Shown one piece after another: positions 39,926 through 48,180 of a DNA stretch of 64,000 nucleotides. Made by a program: the position numbers and the translations under genes. Numbering within the stretch: position 1 is the stretch's first letter; every line of letters starts with the position of its first letter. This DNA comes from Candidatus Elulimicrobium sp. Its GTDB lineage: Bacteria > Patescibacteriota > Minisyncoccia > Phycocordibacterales > UBA918. The notes under the pieces are model-generated. The model made no database searches. It saw only the letters and a program-made list of their open reading frames with translations, and was not told the origin of the DNA. The DNA lies in NCBI GenBank assembly GCA_022730015.1, contig DZBU01000001.1, positions 1,307 through 65,306 on the forward strand, given 5' to 3'.

Positions 39926-41522
39926 CATCGCGTTCTTGTTTCTGCTTGTCATATTTCCGACAGCGGTACATGCACAAACCGAGACATTGACACTCAGTGT
40001 ATCGCCGACGCTATTTGAGATGACTGCCAATCCAGAGCAAGAATGGCTTAGTACTATTCGTGTTATCAATGCCAATCCCTACGATATAACCATTTACACT
40101 GATGTGGTTAATTTTGCACCACAGGGGGAGTCGGGGCAGGGTAAATTCTTACCAGTTCTTGACGAAGAAGCGGGTGGACAAACATTTGCTGAGTGGGTAA
40201 CACTTGATCAAACTGAATTGACGATACCAGCTGAACAAACCGCAGAGATACCGTTTCGGATCAAAGTCCCTGATAATGCACCACCTGGAGGACACTTTGG
40301 AGCAATTCTTATTGGGACAAAATCACTTGATACTGGATCGGGACAGACCGTAGTAGAAACATCACAGGTTGTTACGTCATTGGTCTTTCTTCGAGTAACA
40401 GGAGACATCATTGAGGATGGTGTTATTCGTGAATTCCGTAGCACGAAACTGATTGCAGAAAGACCAGAGATGGATTTTGAGTTACGTTTCCAAAACAAAG
40501 GAAACGTACATATATTGCCGCAAGGGGAGATCAAGATTTTTAATATGTGGGGAGAAGAGCGCGGTCTCATTCCAGTCAATCGACAGACATTGTTTGGCAA
40601 TGTTTTGCCGGATAGCATTCGAAAATATTCGTTCAGTTGGTCTGGTGAGTGGTCTTTGGCTGACATTGGTAGATATACTGTCGTAGCAACTTTGGCGTAC
40701 GGAGAGGGAAGTCGGCAGTTTGCTAGTGCCGAAACCGCCTTTTGGGTCATACCATGGAAGATTACCTTGACTGTACTTGCGATCCTTTTTGCATTCATAA
40801 CGTTCTTGGTTTGGTCGATCAAGTTATACATCAGAAAAATGCTGAAGATAGCAGGTGTATCAGCAGATTCACAACAAGTAAACCGCGTCGACTATCGTGT
40901 TAAGAAAAACAGAAGCGTGTCAATGGTAGCTCCCATCGAGGAGGGAATACTTGATCTGCGGGCTCGTTTCCAAGACTCAGACTCGCTCAGAGAAAAACTC
41001 TCGAGTACATTGGCTTTTGTTTCAAAATATCGAATATTCTTCTCGTTGCTGATCCTGGTAGTGCTATTTGTGATCGCAATTATTTGGTATATCACCGCCG
41101 CCTCGACAAGTGACCGACCGTACGAAGTCGTTATTGAGGGTCTCGAGCAAGATGTCACAATTTCTTCTGAACAGCTCCAATACGAGGCGCGTAAGGAAGA
41201 AGTTGCAGCCGACAATCCTGATCTATCAGCAAAAGAATTTCCTCCTATTAAGATCGTGAACCAGAGTGGTGTTCCAGGACTAGCGGCTGACTTGCGAATA
41301 AAGTTGGAAGCGGCTGGATATCCAGTGGCAGAACTTTCTACAGATTTGGAACGAATTGAAGCAAATACTGTTGTTGTGTATGCGCCAGAGTATGACACGC
41401 AAGCACTGGAACTGAGTGCTCAAGTATATGGTGCTCTGCTTTCTTCTTACGCCGAAGCTTCAGGTACCGAAACTCCTATCATCATATATGTCGGCAAAGA
41501 TCTCGAAAATGCGGTACAATAG
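39894..41522 (+). CDS. DUF916/WxLIP-like protein with two TM helices and C-terminal LytR_C domain
   Basis: LSVSPTLFE, IPFRIKVPDNAPPGGHFGAILI, FQNKGNVHILPQGEI. LytR_C-like IVNQSGVPGLAA...IIIYVGKD. Confidence 0.75.
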   Translation: MISISKTFLSSIAFLFLLVIFPTAVHAQTETLTLSVSPTLFEMTANPEQEWLSTIRVINANPYDITIYTDVVNFAPQGESGQGKFLPVLDEEAGGQTFAEWVTLDQTELTIPAEQTAEIPFRIKVPDNAPPGGHFGAILIGTKSLDTGSGQTVVETSQVVTSLVFLRVTGDIIEDGVIREFRSTKLIAERPEMDFELRFQNKGNVHILPQGEIKIFNMWGEERGLIPVNRQTLFGNVLPDSIRKYSFSWSGEWSLADIGRYTVVATLAYGEGSRQFASAETAFWVIPWKITLTVLAILFAFITFLVWSIKLYIRKMLKIAGVSADSQQVNRVDYRVKKNRSVSMVAPIEEGILDLRARFQDSDSLREKLSSTLAFVSKYRIFFSLLILVVLFVIAIIWYITAASTSDRPYEVVIEGLEQDVTISSEQLQYEARKEEVAADNPDLSAKEFPPIKIVNQSGVPGLAADLRIKLEAAGYPVAELSTDLERIEANTVVVYAPEYDTQALELSAQVYGALLSSYAEASGTETPIIIYVGKDLENAVQ

Positions 41523-41553
41523 CTGAACGATTACTCATTTAACACATAAAACT

Positions 41554-42036
41554 ATGAGTCAAAGATCTATTATTCTTATCGTCAGCTTTTTTGTGCTGAT
41601 CGTGGTAGGTATGTTCATGTACGCTAATCTAAAGAAATCTGAGCTGGAACAAGCTGCTGTTATTCCACCTGTAATTGAAGAAACCCAAGAGATTCCTTAC
41701 GCAGACATCACTCGAATTGACGCAAAGCACTATTACATTGACGGTGTGCACACTCTAGTCGGTGAACTTGCTTTTCCAACCCCGTGTGACCTGCTCCAGG
41801 CTGATGCGAGAGTGATGGAATCATATCCAGAGCAAGTCGTTGTCGATTTTACCGTGATTAACACCGCTGATATGTGCGCACAGGTAATCACAAATCAACG
41901 TTTTCGAGTTGATTTCTCTGCTGCAAGCCAGGCGAGTATAAGCGCCCGTTTTATGGGTCGTGACATAGAACTTAACCTTATTCCAGCGGGGCCAGAAGAA
42001 CGACCAGAGGATTTTGAATTATTTATAAAAGGCTAG
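41554..42036 (+). CDS. Hypothetical membrane-anchored protein (PTPC...CAQVIT motif)
   Basis: N-terminal TM helix, one Cys pair, beta-rich domain. Confidence 0.75.
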   Translation: MSQRSIILIVSFFVLIVVGMFMYANLKKSELEQAAVIPPVIEETQEIPYADITRIDAKHYYIDGVHTLVGELAFPTPCDLLQADARVMESYPEQVVVDFTVINTADMCAQVITNQRFRVDFSAASQASISARFMGRDIELNLIPAGPEERPEDFELFIKG

Positions 42037-42041
42037 ATCCA

Positions 42042-42611
42042 ATGAAGCAGTTCTCTCGAGACAGGGTCGCGACATTCATTGTAATTGGAGTAATTCTCCT
42101 CGTTGCTTTGGTGTACACACTGTTTGTGATCAGTCAAAACAAACGAGAACAAGCTAATGACAATCCTGCCAACCAGGCTTTGCAGGTGGCTGCTGATGAA
42201 GTGCCCTACACTGACCTTGCTGGGAATCCGCTGTCCTTAGATGAGTATGTAGGAAAGGTGTTGGTTGTTAATTCATGGGCAAGCTGGAGTCCAGATTCTG
42301 CTACTGAGCTAAAAATCTTTGCCGCACTTCGCTCAAAATATGACCTTGATGAAGTTGTGATACTGGCGATCAATCGCGCGGAACCCCAAACTACTGCTGA
42401 GCGCTACCTGCGTACCTTAGCGGTGTCTGATCAGGTGCAGCTAGTTCTTGATCCGACTGATCGATACTATCGATCAATTGGCGGCTTCGCGATGCCAGAA
42501 ACGATCATTTACGATCGAAAGGGAGGTATCGTTCACCATCAGCGCGGCCCGCTAACCGCAGATCAAGCGTCCGTCTATATTGACCAAGCACTGTCCAAAC
42601 AAGATGAGTAG
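42042..42611 (+). CDS. Membrane-anchored TlpA/ResA-family thioredoxin-fold protein with CxxC replaced by SxxS
   Basis: GKVLVVNSWASWSPDS, cis-Pro motif MPETIIYDRKG, no Cys in the protein. Confidence 0.85.
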   Translation: MKQFSRDRVATFIVIGVILLVALVYTLFVISQNKREQANDNPANQALQVAADEVPYTDLAGNPLSLDEYVGKVLVVNSWASWSPDSATELKIFAALRSKYDLDEVVILAINRAEPQTTAERYLRTLAVSDQVQLVLDPTDRYYRSIGGFAMPETIIYDRKGGIVHHQRGPLTADQASVYIDQALSKQDE

Positions 42612-42618
42612 GGTGTGC

Positions 42619-42646
42619 TTTACAGACAGTTAACTCATGATATAAT
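42619..42646 (+). promoter_or_regulatory. Sigma70-type promoter
   Basis: TTTACA-16 nt-TATAAT with a TG extension. Confidence 0.75.
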
Positions 42647-42736
42647 TTGCACGGATTGGCAAGAGTCCGTTCGCGACCATCCACCTTTACGTGGAGCCTC
42701 TGTCGAAAGAGGTTTCAAAGTCGCAAGTGAGAAGGT

Positions 42737-42892
42737 ATGTTCAAAGCCATCGGATTCTTGATAGTTCTTTATGGACTGTCACATTTCTTTTCCTCAGCAT
42801 TTATAGCTCTCGATAGTGCTGCGAGCGCATCATTTAAAACACTCGAGACTGCGGCAATCGTGTCGCAAATGCAACTGCAGGAGAAATTGTAG
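42737..42892 (+). CDS. Small 51-aa membrane protein (absent from the ORF track)
   Basis: MFKAIGFLIVLYGLSHFFSSAFIALDSAASASFKTLETAAIVSQMQLQEKL, with its own promoter, purine-rich GAGAAGGT before the ATG and a terminator directly after the stop. Confidence 0.75.
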   Translation: MFKAIGFLIVLYGLSHFFSSAFIALDSAASASFKTLETAAIVSQMQLQEKL

Positions 42893-42896
42893 ATAT

Positions 42897-42926
42897 AGAG
42901 GATCATGCCTGTGCATGGTCCTTTTT
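42897..42926 (+). terminator. Intrinsic terminator
   Basis: AGAGGATCATGC-CTGT-GCATGGTCCTTTTT. Confidence 0.8.
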
Positions 42927-42957
42927 GTATCCATAGGGAATACTGTATACTAGCAAT

Positions 42958-44013
42958 ATGCAACTTAGTCGTGTGGTTCAATACGTATTTTTCTTCGCGC
43001 TGCTGCTGCTTGCGGGGTACATGGTATGGCTCATCATGCAGCCCTTTGTAACCGCATTAGCACTCTCGCTCATTATTGTTACGATCTGTCACCCGCTTTA
43101 CATGCAAATTAAGAAACGAGTGCCTAGGCAAAATAAATCGATTGCTGCATTCTTGACAACGTTTTTAGTGTTACTGGTTATTATTATTCCAGTCATCCTC
43201 CTTTCTTCGCTGGTAGTGCGAGAGATTGTTACTTTTTATCAGGATCTTGACGCTGGTAACCTTTCGCTCCAGTCGGGAATTACGACAATTGAAGCCCGCA
43301 TTCAAGCCTTCGTTCCTAATTTTAAGATTGATCTCAACGAACAAATAAAACAAACGGCCCAATGGTTAACTGGTAGTTTGGGGGCAATATTCAAAGGAAC
43401 ACTTTCTACTATTTTCATATTCTTCATATCGCTGATCGGTTCGTTCTATTTTTTTCGTGACGGCAGAGACTTTCTGCAGGTGTTGATTAAGGCTAGCCCG
43501 CTTCCAGATCGCGAAGATCAGGCGATTTTACAGCGGTTAGCTAAAGCAATTCGAGCCGTTGCGACTGGGACAGTGCTTGTTGCTCTGATTCAGGGGTCTC
43601 TGGTTGCTATCGGGTTCACCATCTTTGGTGTAGATCGAGCTATTCTTTGGGGTTCAATAGCAGCATTGGGGGCACTTATGCCAGGTCTTGGTACAACCAT
43701 CGTGACAGCGCCAGCCATCGTTTACCTCTTCTACGTAGGTGAGCTTTTCAGTGCTTTTGGTTTGCTGATCTGGTCAATGCTCATCGTTGGTCTGGTCGAC
43801 AACCTCATTGGTCCGTATCTCATCGGTCGAGGTAATAATCTTCATCCGTTCATTGTACTCATCTCAGTACTTGGTGGTATTGCGCTATTTGGACCGATTG
43901 GATTTATTATTGGCCCAGTTATAGTGACGCTTTTTTTGGTCTTGCTTGAAATATATAATCAGTATGTTGTGCAGGATAAATCAATCGACGAAGCTGTTAA
44001 AATCAAACTATGA
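42958..44013 (+). CDS. AI-2E family transporter (PerM/UPF0118)
   Basis: Multi-TM topology, FYFFRDG, VDNLIGPYLIG, LHPFIVLISVLGGIALFGPIGFIIGP. Confidence 0.92.
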   Translation: MQLSRVVQYVFFFALLLLAGYMVWLIMQPFVTALALSLIIVTICHPLYMQIKKRVPRQNKSIAAFLTTFLVLLVIIIPVILLSSLVVREIVTFYQDLDAGNLSLQSGITTIEARIQAFVPNFKIDLNEQIKQTAQWLTGSLGAIFKGTLSTIFIFFISLIGSFYFFRDGRDFLQVLIKASPLPDREDQAILQRLAKAIRAVATGTVLVALIQGSLVAIGFTIFGVDRAILWGSIAALGALMPGLGTTIVTAPAIVYLFYVGELFSAFGLLIWSMLIVGLVDNLIGPYLIGRGNNLHPFIVLISVLGGIALFGPIGFIIGPVIVTLFLVLLEIYNQYVVQDKSIDEAVKIKL

Positions 44014-44429
44014 TCTCACGAAAACACGTCGAAACTATTCTTAAAATTAACGGTGTTTCACCAACGTCAGAAGACGAGCAGATAAGATCAATTCTACTAA
44101 GTGCTCGTTACTCAAAAGATGAAGTTGACACTGCGCTCATGGTTTTGCGTGAGGATACGAAAACTAAGGTCACTAGAGTAGATGGTTTACATAAAGTATT
44201 TCGAACAGGAGAATCTCTTCGATCAGAAGAGATTGCAAATCTCCTTGGAATTGAAGTAACAATGGAAGATCGAATCGAAGAGCGAAATAAGCAACGCGCC
44301 ATCTCTTTTGCGCAGTATTTATCAGTATGGATACTATCCGTAGTTCTTGCGGTTTCGGGGATACTTTTTTACATGTACTTGCATAAAGTTGGTGTTTTTC
44401 ATCCCAGCGTCCAGTTAACACATCTATGA
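44010..44429 (+). CDS. Hypothetical protein with C-terminal TM helix
   Basis: ATGA overlaps with neighbouring genes on both sides. Confidence 0.78.
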   Translation: MISRKHVETILKINGVSPTSEDEQIRSILLSARYSKDEVDTALMVLREDTKTKVTRVDGLHKVFRTGESLRSEEIANLLGIEVTMEDRIEERNKQRAISFAQYLSVWILSVVLAVSGILFYMYLHKVGVFHPSVQLTHL

Positions 44430-45562
44430 TGCCTGCTGTTGTGTCACAGTCAGTCTCAGTTTTGCTGTTCGTTTTACTAATAGTTCAATTAGTGTCCCTC
44501 GAGCAAACGTTTTTATTGCCACAGCAAAGTTATGGTGTCGTTAAGGATGTGAAGACTGCAGCCTGGGAAAGTGCAGACACCAGCATGCCGACTGCCTTAT
44601 TTGCGTCAAATCCACTCGAGCGAGACTCACTTTTGTTTGTCGGGGACGTGCTATTAGCAAGAAACATTGAATCCTTAATGTTACGAAACGGTGAAAATTA
44701 TCCGTTTGCTGGTATTGACCTCGCTTCGTTCTCGCGATCAGGATACGTGATTGGAAACTTTGAATCGAGTGTTCCAGAAATACATCAACCAACAGCGACA
44801 GGAGAATTGCAGTTTTCAGTTAATGAAAAAATTTTACCCAGCCTAAGACAAGCAGGTTTCACGCATCTTTCACTTGCCAATAATCATGCTCTGGATTTCG
44901 GAGCAAAGAATTTTACTTACACAACGCAGGCTCTAACAAAGAGCGACATTATCACCTTCGGCCATCCTTCAAAAATTAACAATGATTCAGTTGTCTTTCT
45001 TGAAGCAGAGGAAGTCATCGTGGCACTGATCGGCATACATACGCTCACACACAAACCAACAGCTGCTGCGCTTGCCGAAATTTTTTCGTATGCCAGCGCC
45101 AGAAGTGATCTGCAGATCGCCTACGTCCACTGGGGTACAGAATATAAAAAAAGTAATGATCAGTCGCAACGAAATTTTGCAGAAGCGCTTGTTGCGGCCG
45201 GTGCAGATCTGATCATCGGACATCACCCACATGTAGTACAGAACGTTGACCTCATAGGTGATGTCCCAGTTTTTTACTCACTCGGAAACTACATTTTTGA
45301 TCAATATTTCTCAGCAGAGACACAAGAAGGGCTTGTGTTACATCTTGATCTAGCGACTGAGCCAATGTTGTACCTGCTTCCCGTCACCAGCCAAGCATCA
45401 CTTTCGCAGCCTCAGCTGATGAATGAACAAGAACATTTCTCGTTCTTGCAAAAACTGGCAACACAAAGCGATCCAAAACTCGCTGAGGGTATTGCGCAGG
45501 GTATCTTGCCGCTGAATAGTTTGGTTGCAACTTCATCAAAAATAGCTATGATGGTGAGATAA
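44426..45562 (+). CDS. CapA/PgsA family metallophosphoesterase-like protein
   Basis: VGDVLLAR, GNFE, LSLANNHALDFG, HWGTEY, IIGHHPHV, YSLGNYIFDQ. Confidence 0.92.
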   Translation: MMPAVVSQSVSVLLFVLLIVQLVSLEQTFLLPQQSYGVVKDVKTAAWESADTSMPTALFASNPLERDSLLFVGDVLLARNIESLMLRNGENYPFAGIDLASFSRSGYVIGNFESSVPEIHQPTATGELQFSVNEKILPSLRQAGFTHLSLANNHALDFGAKNFTYTTQALTKSDIITFGHPSKINNDSVVFLEAEEVIVALIGIHTLTHKPTAAALAEIFSYASARSDLQIAYVHWGTEYKKSNDQSQRNFAEALVAAGADLIIGHHPHVVQNVDLIGDVPVFYSLGNYIFDQYFSAETQEGLVLHLDLATEPMLYLLPVTSQASLSQPQLMNEQEHFSFLQKLATQSDPKLAEGIAQGILPLNSLVATSSKIAMMVR

Positions 45563-45572
45563 ATCATCGTGT

Positions 45573-46124
45573 ATGTTTAATAAATTTGAATTGATGGGAG
45601 CAGCCGCTAGTGTATTTTTAATGCTTCTTGGGTTATATCTGGTTGAGGTGAAAACTACGCTGTTTCGACCTTTGGAGACCAATATGAAAGCCCAAGTGGT
45701 TAGCACTATTGATCCAGGAGTTGTGGTGGTTGGCCAGACAGATGATGTCCAAGCTGCTCGCACGGAGGCGTATTTAGAAGCAACTAATAGTCAAGGTAAT
45801 TTCTATCGTATGGTCATTGATGATATTAAATTTGGAACCGGCGCTGAGGTTCAGGAAGGTGATACTGTTTCTGTGCATTACATTGGTACATTGCAAAATG
45901 GTCAGGAGTTTGATAATTCCAACAAACGCGGCATACCATTTGAATTCACCGTTGGTGCTGGTCAGGTGATTGAGGGTTGGGAGAAGGGGGTTCTTGGGAT
46001 GAAAATCGGAGGACAGCGTACACTCGTCATACCACCCGAAATGGCGTACGGAGAACAGGGGGTTGGACCAATTCCTGGGAACGCTACCTTGGTCTTTGTG
46101 ATCGAGCTGCTAGCTATTAAGTAG
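45573..46124 (+). CDS. Membrane-anchored FKBP-type peptidyl-prolyl isomerase
   Basis: VSVHYIGTL..G.EFD, QVIEGWEKG, IPPEMAYG, IPGNATLVFVIEL. Confidence 0.95.
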   Translation: MFNKFELMGAAASVFLMLLGLYLVEVKTTLFRPLETNMKAQVVSTIDPGVVVVGQTDDVQAARTEAYLEATNSQGNFYRMVIDDIKFGTGAEVQEGDTVSVHYIGTLQNGQEFDNSNKRGIPFEFTVGAGQVIEGWEKGVLGMKIGGQRTLVIPPEMAYGEQGVGPIPGNATLVFVIELLAIK

Positions 46125-46148
46125 GTTTGTTTAAAGAAGAGATCAAGT

Positions 46149-46188
46149 ATTACGATACACCGGCCCTGAAAGGCCGGTGTATCGTAAT
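46149..46188. repeat. Perfect 17-bp inverted repeat
   Basis: ATTACGATACACCGGCC-CTGAAA-GGCCGGTGTATCGTAAT, with no U-tract. Confidence 0.85.
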
Positions 46189-46206
46189 GGAGTCGAAAAG
46201 TTGTCT

Positions 46207-47409
46207 ATGAACACATCACCAATATCCTTCACTATAGAAAAACGTATACCAGGTACGCTCGGTCGGGCTGGTGTCATTCATACTCCACACGGCGATATTG
46301 AAACACCAGCTTTTGTGGCTGTCGGAACAAAAGGTACGGTAAAAAGCATTAAGCCGGAGGACATGCGAGATTACGTAGGTAATCAAGTTGCTCTCGCTAA
46401 CACCTATCATCTATTTTTGCAGCCAGGAGCGGATGTCATAAAAGAGGCGGGAGGGCTACATGCTTTTGCTAATTGGCAGCTACCTACTATGACGGACAGT
46501 GGAGGGTTTCAAGTGTTTTCACTCGGTGCAGCATTTGGAAAAGGAGTGACTAAATTTGCGAAGGGAGAAGCCGCTGAGACAACTGAAAAACAAAGTCTTA
46601 ATGTGTACTCCAAAGAATTGGCAGCGGAACACGGGAAATTGTGTGTAATTGACGAAGAAGGGGTGACCTTCACATCACATCTTGATGGCTCAATGCACCG
46701 CTTTACTGCAGAACGTTCGATTGAGATTCAACATCAGATCGGGGCTGATATCATCATTGCTTTTGATGAATGCACCAGTCCAACTGCAAGCAAGGAGTAC
46801 CAACGTGAAGCGATGGATCGGACGCATCGTTGGGCAAAGCGCAGTATTCTGGCACATAAACAAGATTATGCTTCTCTCAAGAAGCAAGGTCTGTACGGTG
46901 TAGTGCAAGGAGGTAGACATCTTGATTTGCGTGAGGAGAGTGCACGAGCGCTTTCAGCGATGGATTTTGATGGGTTCGGGATTGGAGGCAGCTTCACTAA
47001 AGAAGATCTGGGAGACGCCCTGCGCGTCGTTAATGAAATTCTTCCTGAAGATAAGCCTCGGCATTTGCTTGGTATTGGAGAACCGGAAGATATTACAGAG
47101 GGGGTGAAGCTTGGTTGTGACACCTTTGACTGTGTTGCGCCAACGCGAATCGCGCGAACCGGCACGATCTATGAGCGGACAAATCAGGGTCATCAGCGTA
47201 CAAATCTCCTCAATAGTCGATATCAGCGAGATTTTAGTAAACCAGACGAGTCATGCGATTGCTACGTTTGTAAAAATTATACGAAAGCCTATCTGGCACA
47301 CCTGTTTAGGAGTCAGGAAATGCTTGGGGCACACCTAGCGTCTCTACATAACCTTTACTACATTGTAAATTTTACCAAGCGCCTCCGGGAAGAGATCTTA
47401 AGCAGATAG
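46207..47409 (+). CDS. tgt: tRNA-guanine transglycosylase
   Basis: ETPAFVAVGT, NTYHL, TDSGGFQVFSL, AFDEC, VVQGG, DCVAPTR, Zn site CDCYVC...H. Confidence 0.96.
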   Translation: MNTSPISFTIEKRIPGTLGRAGVIHTPHGDIETPAFVAVGTKGTVKSIKPEDMRDYVGNQVALANTYHLFLQPGADVIKEAGGLHAFANWQLPTMTDSGGFQVFSLGAAFGKGVTKFAKGEAAETTEKQSLNVYSKELAAEHGKLCVIDEEGVTFTSHLDGSMHRFTAERSIEIQHQIGADIIIAFDECTSPTASKEYQREAMDRTHRWAKRSILAHKQDYASLKKQGLYGVVQGGRHLDLREESARALSAMDFDGFGIGGSFTKEDLGDALRVVNEILPEDKPRHLLGIGEPEDITEGVKLGCDTFDCVAPTRIARTGTIYERTNQGHQRTNLLNSRYQRDFSKPDESCDCYVCKNYTKAYLAHLFRSQEMLGAHLASLHNLYYIVNFTKRLREEILSR

Positions 47410-47475
47410 AGGCAAAACTTGATTTCTTACAAAACTATGGCATTGTGTACGTAGTTAACTTTCAAGGAGTCCATC

Positions 47476-48123
47476 ATGGACATCGTTCTTAATGACCTCA
47501 GACGGGTTATCGATAAACATCGATACCGACATCAACTAGAAAGGCGAGTTTCAAGGATCTTTGGCGAAGGTTCTGATAAGTATTGTGTGATCATGTTAAC
47601 CATTGATTTGGTGGCAGAAACACACAACAACGGTCTTCGGAACAACGGGGACCTTCTAAAATCACATGAGTTTGCGATGTTTACTATTGCACTTGTCTAT
47701 TGTGGAATAAGAGACCTATCAATACTTTTGGCCATACTTTTACACGACATGATCGAGGATTATCCAGAGATCTGGTCACCTTGGCTCATTGCCGAGCGTT
47801 TTGGTCAGGAAGTGCTCAGGATTGACCTTGCCGTCACAAAGCCCGATAAAAGCACCTTCACCACTGAAGCGGAGTACGAAGAAGTAATTTTTGATAGTGT
47901 TCTATCCGGTGGGTGGAAAGCGGTTGTCGTCAAGTGTATTGATCGTCTTCACAACATGCTGACTCTCTATGGCGGCAAAGATAAGATGGTTAATAAGGTG
48001 TTGCAAACCATTAAGTTCGTTCTTCCGATGTCGGCGAATATCCAATTCCTAACCTTCGAACTCATGTCAGCAACGACAGAGCAAATGAGTCGTCTAGAAA
48101 TGGAACAAGACCGATTCCTGTAG
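47476..48123 (+). CDS. HD-domain protein, SpoT/Mesh1-like small alarmone hydrolase family
   Basis: AILLHDMIED, AERFG.EV, VTK, VKCIDRLHNM. SD AAGGAG upstream. Confidence 0.8.
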   Translation: MDIVLNDLRRVIDKHRYRHQLERRVSRIFGEGSDKYCVIMLTIDLVAETHNNGLRNNGDLLKSHEFAMFTIALVYCGIRDLSILLAILLHDMIEDYPEIWSPWLIAERFGQEVLRIDLAVTKPDKSTFTTEAEYEEVIFDSVLSGGWKAVVVKCIDRLHNMLTLYGGKDKMVNKVLQTIKFVLPMSANIQFLTFELMSATTEQMSRLEMEQDRFL

Positions 48124-48152
48124 CCAAGACACATCGTGTCTTGGCTTTTTTT
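48122..48152 (+). terminator. Intrinsic terminator
   Basis: AGCCAAGACAC-ATC-GTGTCTTGGCT followed by a T-run. Confidence 0.88.
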
Positions 48153-48180
48153 ATTTACTATCGCGGGGTATAGTAGCAAC

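Noticed and set aside
42769-42981. 70-aa minus-strand ORF from the track
   Set aside because: It is antisense to the better-supported 51-aa + strand ORF, which has a promoter, RBS-like sequence and terminator.
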